Source: a virus
IMG/VR virus record: IMGVR_UViG_3300027881_000010
Location: 1-64,000 of that record
Direction: 5' to 3' (one strand)
DNA: 64,000 bases
Part shown: one piece after another, positions 52,311-59,778 of the stretch
Layout of the letters: each line of letters opens with the position of its first letter
How positions within the stretch are numbered: position 1 is the first letter of the stretch
Translations under genes and position numbers: made by a program
Notes under the pieces: model-generated
Database searches by the model: none
Told to the model about the DNA's origin: nothing
Seen by the model: the letters and a program-made list of their open reading frames with translations, nothing else

Positions 52311-52601
52311 ATGGACGAGCGATTGAAACCAGGGCAGCTTCACGAGACGCCCGAAGAGGCCAATCCTGTCGACACCTACCCCGAGGAGGTCGATGCATCG
52401 CCCGACGTCGGGTTCAGGAAAGAAGGTAACTGGCCGAAATTCCCACCGTACAACGATCTCGAAAGCGGAACGTACAAGACGCGAGCGGCCGATGAAGGCT
52501 CCTCTGCTGAGCTACGTGGCGAACGGGAAGGCAATGCGGAGAGCGGTGGCTACGACGATCCTCGCTACGGCAAGGTTCGTTCGTTACCGTCGCAGTCGTA
52601 A
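52311..52601 (+). CDS. hypothetical acidic protein
   Basis: 96 aa. Confidence 0.45.
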   Translation: MDERLKPGQLHETPEEANPVDTYPEEVDASPDVGFRKEGNWPKFPPYNDLESGTYKTRAADEGSSAELRGEREGNAESGGYDDPRYGKVRSLPSQS

Positions 52602-52984
52602 TGGCCGATCGTAGGTCGGAACGTAGGGCGAACGCAGGCAGGCCTGACAAGCCGGCGGCAAAGCCGACACCGAAGCCGACAGCGAAGCCGGAAGAGAAGC
52701 CGGTTATTGCTCACGGTGCGCCACTGTCAACACCGAAGCCTAAGCCTCCGGACCGGCAGCGCCCCAAAGCGGGTCCTGCTGATGCGGAGACCAGACGCCG
52801 CGAGATTGAACGTCGCGTCCAGGAAGGCAAAGACGCCAGCGAAGCTGCTCGCGACACTCCGGTGACTAAGTCAGAAGCACCCAAGCCACCGCCGGCAACC
52901 ATCGGCACGCCTGGTCGGTCCACGTACGATACGTTGAAGGACCGAGGCAAGGACACGGATGAAGCCGTGGAGGAGGCGCAGTAA
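52601..52984 (+). CDS. basic Pro/Lys-rich low-complexity protein
   Basis: KPAAKPTPKPTAKPEEKP..PKPKPP. TAATG coupling at both ends. Confidence 0.45.
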   Translation: MADRRSERRANAGRPDKPAAKPTPKPTAKPEEKPVIAHGAPLSTPKPKPPDRQRPKAGPADAETRRREIERRVQEGKDASEAARDTPVTKSEAPKPPPATIGTPGRSTYDTLKDRGKDTDEAVEEAQ

Positions 52985-53223
52985 TGCCTTCTTCACGGTC
53001 AGCCAAAGAAATCTGCAGGGAGTTCGGCGAATCCGACATTGCTTGCAAGGTTGCCCGGAAGCGCGAGGCACGGCGCAAGAAGCGCCGAGAGATGGACCCT
53101 GATAAGCCAGCGCCGACGCCGCCGAAGAAAGAGATGCCGACAAAACCAGCGAAGCCGGCGACCGAGCGCCGCAGGTATCTCGAGGAGAAAATCCGCGAGG
53201 CTGAGGGATCGAACGAAAGCTGA
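52984..53223 (+). CDS. small basic protein
   Basis: 79 aa, K/R/E/P-rich. Confidence 0.45.
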   Translation: MPSSRSAKEICREFGESDIACKVARKREARRKKRREMDPDKPAPTPPKKEMPTKPAKPATERRRYLEEKIREAEGSNES

Positions 53224-53281
53224 ACGAAACGCGAACGAGAAGTGAACGGTCGTTCAAGTCCAGACGAGGTCACGACAAGCG

Positions 53282-53620
53282 ATGATTCCCAAGGTGCTGG
53301 TGTGGGTAGATGATGGCCGCATCACCGTGCTGCATACACCCGGCGTTGAGACCGCTGTGGTCATCGAAGGCGAGGATGTAGAGGTCCCAGACGACTGGGT
53401 GGGACTGGTCGCCAAGCAGGAGCATTCGCTCCCAATCACCGTAAATCGGGCAGAATTGCCTCAAAAGCGGCCACCAGGGTGTCCTGAAACACAACTCGCC
53501 GGGGTGAACGGGCAAGTACAACACCAGGACAGCCTTATGCGAGCTCCATATTGCTTTGATTGCGGTGACAACCATCCGCCTGGCCCTTGCCCAGACTTGG
53601 CTGACGCCCCGGATCCATAG
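53282..53620 (+). CDS. hypothetical protein
   Basis: 112 aa. C-terminal CFDCG..PPGPC. Confidence 0.45.
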   Translation: MIPKVLVWVDDGRITVLHTPGVETAVVIEGEDVEVPDDWVGLVAKQEHSLPITVNRAELPQKRPPGCPETQLAGVNGQVQHQDSLMRAPYCFDCGDNHPPGPCPDLADAPDP

Positions 53621-53817
53621 TGAACTGGCTCAAGGTCGTCGTCGTCTACTACATCCTGGTCTACCTGCTCGTGGGCCGCATCGCCGTTGATCTCTTCGAC
53701 CTGGTCACCTGGGGGAATATGATCGGGCTGTTCTTCGGTTGTTGTCTCGGTCATTACTTGGGTAAAATAGACGCAGGTGGGTTACCGGTAGGCAGAAGTG
53801 GGAGCCATAAGGCGTGA
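53620..53817 (+). CDS. small membrane protein
   Basis: GTG start. VVVVYYILVYLLVG and MIGLFFGCCLGHYLG are hydrophobic segments. Confidence 0.45.
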   Translation: MNWLKVVVVYYILVYLLVGRIAVDLFDLVTWGNMIGLFFGCCLGHYLGKIDAGGLPVGRSGSHKA

Positions 53818-54034
53818 AGCACGGTGCGAGAACAGGATGGAAGTACGAGGCAACGACCAGCACAGGGCTGCACTTAGTGAACTGAGCAGAAGACTCGGAG
53901 GGTACGCTATTGTCATTGATGAAGAGATTCCGGACGACGAGATCCACATTATCCAGAAGCTTAACGGCAATGTGCCGGCGAAGCAGATCGTCTACCTCAA
54001 AGGATTCGATCACGAATTCGACGAGTGCGCCTGA
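53798..54034 (+). CDS. hypothetical protein (start uncertain)
   Basis: Start is GTG 53798 or ATG 53837. Confidence 0.4.
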   Translation: MGAIRREARCENRMEVRGNDQHRAALSELSRRLGGYAIVIDEEIPDDEIHIIQKLNGNVPAKQIVYLKGFDHEFDECA

Positions 54035-54112
54035 GCAGTACGTCCCAGGCTGGCGCGATCCTCGCAAGATGTCACCTGAAGAACTCGAGGAGTTCTACAT
54101 GGGGCTGCACAC

Positions 54113-54466
54113 GTGAACAGGAAGATTCTCGAGCCGCACGAGATACCGCAAGGCGGCTACGACTCCATCCGTGAGTTCATGATGTCGATCACCGGGGAGC
54201 TTAAGCGCCGCGGTAACACATCGCACGAGGTCAGCGTCGTGTGCGAGACCATGCTGGCCATGGTGCAGAACACCTTCGTGGACAACATGGAGAAGTTCAA
54301 CGACGAGGAGATCACCCAGGTCTCATCAAGCATGGCCCTGGTCGCCGCCCTGATTCGCACCATGGCGCAGAACCCGATGTACGAGACCGATGCGCTGACG
54401 CTGCAGATCGAAGCGAACGTGGATGCCATCCTTGCCACGGGCAAGGGCGTCATGGTCGGCAAATGA
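54113..54466 (+). CDS. hypothetical protein
   Basis: GTG start. 117 aa. ATGA junction with the next gene. Confidence 0.45.
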   Translation: MNRKILEPHEIPQGGYDSIREFMMSITGELKRRGNTSHEVSVVCETMLAMVQNTFVDNMEKFNDEEITQVSSSMALVAALIRTMAQNPMYETDALTLQIEANVDAILATGKGVMVGK

Positions 54467-55272
54467 TCCACGTGCTCAGTCTGGGTGCCGGCGTACAGTC
54501 CAGTACCCTGGCGCTGATGTTTGCGGATAACAGGATGCAGCAGCCGATGCCGGACGCAGCGATCTTCGCTGACACGGGCGGTGAGCCGGCCTACGTGTAC
54601 ACCTGGCTTGACTGGCTGGAGACGATGCTGCCGTTCCCGGTGCACCGGGTGATGTGGAAGGAAGGCCTGACGGCCAACATCAAGGACTCGATCGCCGGCC
54701 AGCGCTTTGCCGGCGCCCCGTTCTACACTGAGTCGGACGGTAAGCGCGAGGGACAGCTTCGCCGGCAATGCACTCGAGAGTTCAAGGTCCAGCCGATCAC
54801 CCGGAAGCTCAGGGAGATGGTCGGCCTGGAACCTGGGCAACGGGCAAAGAAGGGGGCGATCCTCGCCACCCAGTACATCGGCATCAGTTATGACGAGTCG
54901 CTTCGCATGCGGCCCTCGAGGTCGCCATGGATCAATCATACCTGGCCGCTGGTCGAGCTCGGGATGCACAGGCAGGACTGTCTTGACTGGATGGACGCGC
55001 GCGGATATCCCAGACCAGGCCGCTCAGCCTGCACCTATTGCCCGTACCACAGCGATCACGAGTGGCACGACCTGAAATCCAATCACCCGGAAGACTTCGC
55101 CGCGGCCGTGGAGATCGACCAGTTGATCCGTGCCGGCGTCCGGGGTACGACTCAGCAGTTATACTTGCACCGGAAGCTCAAGCCGATCGACGAGGTCAGG
55201 TTCGATACCGCGGCCGCTGTCGGCCAGGCAGACATGTTTAACGAAGATTGCGAGGGGATGTGTGGTGTCTAG
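54463..55272 (+). CDS. PAPS-reductase / PP-loop ATP-pyrophosphatase family protein
   Basis: MIHVLSLGAGVQSSTLALMF (PP-loop variant), DAAIFADTGGEP, LRRQCTREFKVQPI, and a C-terminal CTYCPYHS Cys pair. Confidence 0.8.
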   Translation: MIHVLSLGAGVQSSTLALMFADNRMQQPMPDAAIFADTGGEPAYVYTWLDWLETMLPFPVHRVMWKEGLTANIKDSIAGQRFAGAPFYTESDGKREGQLRRQCTREFKVQPITRKLREMVGLEPGQRAKKGAILATQYIGISYDESLRMRPSRSPWINHTWPLVELGMHRQDCLDWMDARGYPRPGRSACTYCPYHSDHEWHDLKSNHPEDFAAAVEIDQLIRAGVRGTTQQLYLHRKLKPIDEVRFDTAAAVGQADMFNEDCEGMCGV

Positions 55273-55342
55273 CTATTGTCCGTATTGTGGCGCGCCACCT
55301 GGAGTTCATACGAAGCGATGCGCAAGGCCAAGGAGGAAAGAA

Positions 55343-55963
55343 ATGATTAGCTACGGAGACGAGAAGCAGCCGTACTGGACTGCGAGAATTTACGTGCAGC
55401 GCTGGGTGGCGCTGACCTACAACATCGTGATCGGCCTAGCGCTGCTGTTCATGTCTGTGCAGGCGCATGCCGGCGAGGCAACGCTGACCTGGGTGGCACC
55501 GACACAGAACACCGATGGTACGCCGTTGACCGACTTGGCTGGCTTCAAGCTTTACATGGGCCAAGTGCAGGGTGGCCCGTACCCGGTGAGCGTCGACATC
55601 GCGGATCCAACGGTCCTGAGCTTCACGGTGCCGAACCTGACCGAAGGCCTGACGTATTACTTCGTGTCGACGGCGTACAACAGCGCCGATCCCGTGCAGG
55701 AGAGCGCCTGGTCCAACGAGGCCACCAAGACTATCCCGCCATTGGTACCGAATCCGCCGACCATGCTGACGGTGCAGAACCTGCTGGTCTGGGATGTGCT
55801 CAAGGAGGATGATCACTTCAAGTTCCTGGGTGTCGGCACGGTGCCGAGCGGCACTGCGTGTGATCCAACAGAGACCGTGAACGGCCGATACGTCGTGCCC
55901 AACGATCTGGTGGAATGGTTTGGCAACGTGCAGCCGCCAGTGGTGGTCGCCGATTGTTCGTAA
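55343..55963 (+). CDS. signal-anchored fibronectin-type-III-like domain protein
   Basis: AGGAGG lies 6 nt upstream. TM/signal segment VALTYNIVIGLALLFMSVQAHA, then ATLTWVAPTQNTDGTPLTDLAGFKLY....LTYYFVSTAYNS....ES.WSNE. Confidence 0.6.
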   Translation: MISYGDEKQPYWTARIYVQRWVALTYNIVIGLALLFMSVQAHAGEATLTWVAPTQNTDGTPLTDLAGFKLYMGQVQGGPYPVSVDIADPTVLSFTVPNLTEGLTYYFVSTAYNSADPVQESAWSNEATKTIPPLVPNPPTMLTVQNLLVWDVLKEDDHFKFLGVGTVPSGTACDPTETVNGRYVVPNDLVEWFGNVQPPVVVADCS

Positions 55964-56071
55964 GATTCAGGGACTGGATTTGCAAGTGGCTGTGCCGGTG
56001 GTTCGGCATCTGCTGCAGGGTGGACCCGCTGGGTCCGGTTGAGAATGCGAGAGTAGAGGTTGGAGAGAGCG

Positions 56072-56383
56072 ATGACAGCGACAGCGAAGTGGGGGATACC
56101 AACGAAGCGACAGAGCGGCCTGCCGGCTGATCCGAACGATTACAAGGGCTGCGAGATAGCGCTGGCGGTTGCCGGCGGCCCGTTCACGGTACTCGAGGCG
56201 CTGGTGCCGGCTGACACGTTCGAGAGGGAGATGCCACCCGACCTGACACCGGGTGACTACCTGTGCCGCTACGTGCCGATCGATACTGACGACGTACGTG
56301 GCAAGGCCGTTGCGGTCCCGTTCAATATCGCAGACACCACAGCGCTGGACCAAGTCGACAATCCGACGGTCGAGATCACCTAA
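56072..56383 (+). CDS. hypothetical protein
   Basis: GGAGAG lies 4 nt before the ATG at 56072. 103 aa. Confidence 0.45.
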   Translation: MTATAKWGIPTKRQSGLPADPNDYKGCEIALAVAGGPFTVLEALVPADTFEREMPPDLTPGDYLCRYVPIDTDDVRGKAVAVPFNIADTTALDQVDNPTVEIT

Positions 56384-56447
56384 TGAATTCGGGCGAGGGC
56401 GCACGGAGAGCGATCGGGGGCGGGGGCAGCCCTGATCGTGTTTAGCC

Positions 56448-58052
56448 GTGGCCTTGAACCAGTCTCAGCAGCAGGCAACCTTCACGGAGATGGAGGCCGA
56501 ATGGCTGCGGCGTGACCTGAGGCGCTACGTCCCGCAGGTCTGGAACCTGGTTGAAGCTCGGAAGTTCAAGAACAACTGGCACATCGATGCCATCTGCGAT
56601 CACTTGGCGTACGTGACGCTGGGCGACATCCGCAACCTGATCATCAACGTGCCACCCCGGCAGACCAAGTCGCTGACGGTCTCGGTCATCTGGCCAACCT
56701 GGTGGTGGGCTGATGAACCCGAGGTCCAGTTCATGTACTCGAGCTACTCGCATGACCTGGCGCTGCGTGATGCGGTCAAGGCGCGCGACATCATCCAGTC
56801 TGGCTGGTACCAGGAACGCTACGGCGGCAAGTTCTATCTGGATCCGGGGCAGAACCAGAAGCACCGCTACGTCAACGACAAGCACGGCTACCGCATCTCG
56901 ACCTCGGTAGGCGGCAAGACCACCGGGGAGGGCGGCGATGTCCTGGTGATCGATGACCCGCACAACATGTCAGACATTCACTCGGACCCGAGGCGCCACT
57001 CCACCCTGTCCTGGTACGACAATAGTTGGCGGTCACGCCTTAACGACCCAACCACAGGCCAGAAGGTCATCATCTGCCAGCGGTCTCACGACATGGACCT
57101 GGTCGGCCACATCCTGGATGGCGAGTCAGGGCGCTGGGTAGTGCTGATGCTGCCGAACGAGTACGACCCGAAGCGCCACTGCGTGACGTATCCGAATCCC
57201 AAGGGCAGGAACCTTGACTACAAGCAGATGCGCGACGACGAGGTCGAGACGATCTACGAGGACGAGCGCAAGAAGCCCAAGGTGCTGCTCAACCCGCAGC
57301 GCTTCGGCGAGGAGGAGACCAAGACAGAGAAGTCGGCCATGGGCAAGGTCGACTACGAGGCGCAGTACAACCAGGACCCGGAGGCCGGCGGCGGTCTGAT
57401 CCTGAAGCGCAAATGGTGGCAGCCGTGGCACTACCCGCCAGATCATCCGAAGCAGGGCGAGCAGATGCCCTATCCGGACTGGGAGCAGATCATCACGGTG
57501 TACGACACCGCGTTCAAGAAAGGGCAGGAGAATGACTACTCCGCGCGCACCAGCTGGGGTCTGTTCTTTCATTCGCACACCGGGCGGCAGGAGGATGTCA
57601 GGCTCAACTGCATGCTGCTCGAGCGAATGAATGAGCGCATGGAGTTCGGAGAGCTTCGCGAAGCGGCGATCCGCCACGAAAAAGGCTGGGGCCCAGACCA
57701 CACGCTGATCGAGGACAAGGCATCCGGCATCAGCCTGATTCAGGAGTTCGAAGCCGGCGGCATCCCAGTTTGGAAAGTGAAGGCCGGCCCCGAGGACCTG
57801 GCATATCGGGCGCACATGGTCTCTGGCATTCTCCGCTCCGGGTTGGTCTGGTACGTCTCGAGGGACTGGGCGTTCGATGTCATCAGCCAGTGCGCCAAGT
57901 TTCCACTGGTCGAGCATGACGACCTGGTCGCCACCTGCGTGATCGCCTGGGCGTTCATGCGGCGCATGGGCGACATCGAGTTACCGGACGACGAGAAGGG
58001 CAACGAGCTCAGCCTCTGGAGCAGGCCGAAGCCGAAGTCGCCATATGGCTGA
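56448..58052 (+). CDS. terL: terminase large subunit
   Basis: NLIINVPPRQTKS (Walker A-like), VLVIDDPH (Walker B), nuclease half ITVYDTAFKKGQENDYSA...LIEDKASG...HDDLVATCVIAW. GTG start is provisional. Confidence 0.85.
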   Translation: MALNQSQQQATFTEMEAEWLRRDLRRYVPQVWNLVEARKFKNNWHIDAICDHLAYVTLGDIRNLIINVPPRQTKSLTVSVIWPTWWWADEPEVQFMYSSYSHDLALRDAVKARDIIQSGWYQERYGGKFYLDPGQNQKHRYVNDKHGYRISTSVGGKTTGEGGDVLVIDDPHNMSDIHSDPRRHSTLSWYDNSWRSRLNDPTTGQKVIICQRSHDMDLVGHILDGESGRWVVLMLPNEYDPKRHCVTYPNPKGRNLDYKQMRDDEVETIYEDERKKPKVLLNPQRFGEEETKTEKSAMGKVDYEAQYNQDPEAGGGLILKRKWWQPWHYPPDHPKQGEQMPYPDWEQIITVYDTAFKKGQENDYSARTSWGLFFHSHTGRQEDVRLNCMLLERMNERMEFGELREAAIRHEKGWGPDHTLIEDKASGISLIQEFEAGGIPVWKVKAGPEDLAYRAHMVSGILRSGLVWYVSRDWAFDVISQCAKFPLVEHDDLVATCVIAWAFMRRMGDIELPDDEKGNELSLWSRPKPKSPYG

Positions 58053-58064
58053 TAGGAGATAGCG

Positions 58065-58265
58065 ATGAGTAGATCAACGAAGATGATCAGTGAGGGTGAG
58101 ATCATGTTTGCACGAAGCAATGCCTGCGTGGCGATGGAGTCCATAGCCGGCACGATGGTCGACGCCAACCATGTGGAGCGGTGTTTCGCTGCTGGCATGA
58201 TGTGCGTCACCAGTTTCAAGATTGCGCGAGAACTCGAGCGCTTTGGAGTTGAGTTCGATGACTGA
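58065..58265 (+). CDS. hypothetical small protein
   Basis: AGGAG lies 6 nt upstream. 66 aa. Confidence 0.5.
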   Translation: MSRSTKMISEGEIMFARSNACVAMESIAGTMVDANHVERCFAAGMMCVTSFKIARELERFGVEFDD

Positions 58266-58491
58266 TGCGGATCGCATCTCCGGCAAGAATGGCGGCAAGG
58301 TGCCGCTGCAGTACTGGCAGAAGTCATTCCTGATCGACATCGAGCCGGACCCGACAGCGCCGTACGTCTCAAGAGTAGGTAAGACTACCTACATCAACAC
58401 GAATCATCCCGAGTACACCCGGTGGCTGGTCGGCTTCGTGAAGGGTGCGGCCAATGCCGTCGATCAGGCAATCAAGCGGCAGACGAATTAG
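58258..58491 (+). CDS. hypothetical small protein
   Basis: Start at MTDADRISGK, overlapping the upstream stop. 77 aa. Confidence 0.45.
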   Translation: MTDADRISGKNGGKVPLQYWQKSFLIDIEPDPTAPYVSRVGKTTYINTNHPEYTRWLVGFVKGAANAVDQAIKRQTN

Positions 58492-58612
58492 AATCCGCGC
58501 GCGGCGGCCAGAAGGTATGGCGGCATGCGCGCCGTAAGTACACCAGAAAAGGGTACTATCAGGGTCAAGCGCGGCCTGGAGCCACTGGTCGTCGCACAAC
58601 GAGGAGAAACCG

Positions 58613-58828
58613 ATGAGTGTGATTTACTACTGTGACGCGCCGAGTTGCGGCAAGAAAGAAGCTGGCCGAGCAACAGAGCATGGCCATATACCGCCAGACG
58701 GCTGGTCGAGCTTCGTTCAGGGAATCGAGATGGCCGATGCCTGCAGTCCTGAGCATCAAGAGGCGATCGTTGTTGCCAACACGCCTGAGCCTGAACCCGA
58801 AGAGGAAGCAGAAGAATCGGAGGACTGA
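58613..58828 (+). CDS. small Cys-containing protein with an acidic tail
   Basis: GAGGAG lies 6 nt upstream. YYCDAPSCGKK.. and ..EPEPEEEAEESED. Confidence 0.5.
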   Translation: MSVIYYCDAPSCGKKEAGRATEHGHIPPDGWSSFVQGIEMADACSPEHQEAIVVANTPEPEPEEEAEESED

Positions 58829-59286
58829 TTCTCACGCCGATCACGCTGCGTGAGGCGCACTCGTTTGTCGAGGCCAAGCATCGGCATCACAAGCCCTCCC
58901 GCGGTGGAATCTTTGCCATCGGGATATCGCATCCTGACGGCTACATCTGCGGCGTCGCCGTCGTCGGCCGGCCCGTCGCTCGAGCAGCGCAGGACACCTG
59001 GACCGCCGAGGTTACCAGGGTCTGCACCGACGGCACCAAGAACGCCTGTTCCATGCTCTATGCCGCCTGCTGGCGAGCAGCCAGGGCCATGGGCTATCTC
59101 AAATTGATCACTTACACTTTGCCTGAGGAGGGCGGCGCATCTCTCCGGGGTGCCGGCTGGCGTCTCCTGGGCGAGGCAGGAGGAGGGAGTTGGAACACGA
59201 AGTCGAGACCGAGAGTGGACAATCACCCGCTGCAGCGAAAGCTGAAGTGGGAAGCAAGCTCGTCCTCTGGCCTGATCCAAGGCTGA
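58825..59286 (+). CDS. XF1762-like (GNAT-fold) protein lacking a canonical start codon
   Basis: The frame is open only from 58795. (L)ILTPITLREAHSFVEAKHRHHKPSRGG..VVGRPVARAAQD.WTAEVTRVCTDGTKNACSMLYAACWRAARAMGY..ITYTL..E.G.SLRGAGW. The first in-frame ATG/GTG/TTG is 59053, so the start must be CTG 58825 or ATT 58828. Confidence 0.55.
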   Translation: MILTPITLREAHSFVEAKHRHHKPSRGGIFAIGISHPDGYICGVAVVGRPVARAAQDTWTAEVTRVCTDGTKNACSMLYAACWRAARAMGYLKLITYTLPEEGGASLRGAGWRLLGEAGGGSWNTKSRPRVDNHPLQRKLKWEASSSSGLIQG

Positions 59287-59717
59287 AGGAGACCTGCGCA
59301 CCCGTGCCATACGGCATGGACTGCAACGAGATCATCGACAACATGCTCCGGGTGATGGAGGACCATCGGGGGCTGGGGATCGCTGCGCCGCAGATCGGCG
59401 TGATGCTGCGCATTATCATGGTCGAGGAACTGATCATCTTTAACCCGGTGATCACGAAAACATCGGAGCAGATGCGCTGGGTCTGGGAGGGCTGCCTGTC
59501 ATTTCCTGAGACCTGCCCGAAGTACGCTCAGGACATGGGTAAGCTGCGTGATGGCGACACGGTGCGCGTACGCCGGCACAAGCGCATCAAGGTCGAGGGC
59601 TTCGATGAATCATGGGGCCGCATCTGCACGAAGGGTTCGGACTGGAAAGGCGCGTGCATTCAACACGAGATTGAACACCTGGACGGCATCACGTTAGCCG
59701 ACCATCGCAGACGATAG
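59190..59717 (+). CDS. def: peptide deformylase
   Basis: GLGIAAPQIG, EGCLSFPE and QHEIEHLDG are the three PDF motifs. TTG start 6 nt after AGGAGG (alternative GTG at 59247). Confidence 0.9.
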   Translation: MEHEVETESGQSPAAAKAEVGSKLVLWPDPRLKETCAPVPYGMDCNEIIDNMLRVMEDHRGLGIAAPQIGVMLRIIMVEELIIFNPVITKTSEQMRWVWEGCLSFPETCPKYAQDMGKLRDGDTVRVRRHKRIKVEGFDESWGRICTKGSDWKGACIQHEIEHLDGITLADHRRR

Positions 59718-59778
59718 ATTTGCTGCAGCGCATTGCGTGCGTGTACACTTCGCGAAACCGGTGCGGAGGGCGACCGCG

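Noticed and set aside
55262-55342. Upstream extension of the FN3 ORF (VVSSYCPYCGAPPGVHTKRCARPRRKE), considered as part of the gene or as a mini zinc-ribbon ORF.
   Set aside because: A perfect AGGAGG-N6-ATG at 55343 marks the likely start. The extension would need a GTG inside the PAPS-reductase stop region. Left unannotated.
56022-56036. GGACCC-gct-GGGTCC hairpin after the FN3 gene as a terminator.
   Set aside because: Only 6 bp with a 3-nt loop and no downstream T-run. Too weak to call.
58492-58612. GC-rich palindromic fragments (CCGCGCGCGG ... GCATGCGCGCC) in the 120-nt gap before 58613.
   Set aside because: The arms pair for only ~6 bp around a ~24-nt loop, with no U-tract. Could not be supported as a terminator or a pac/cos element.
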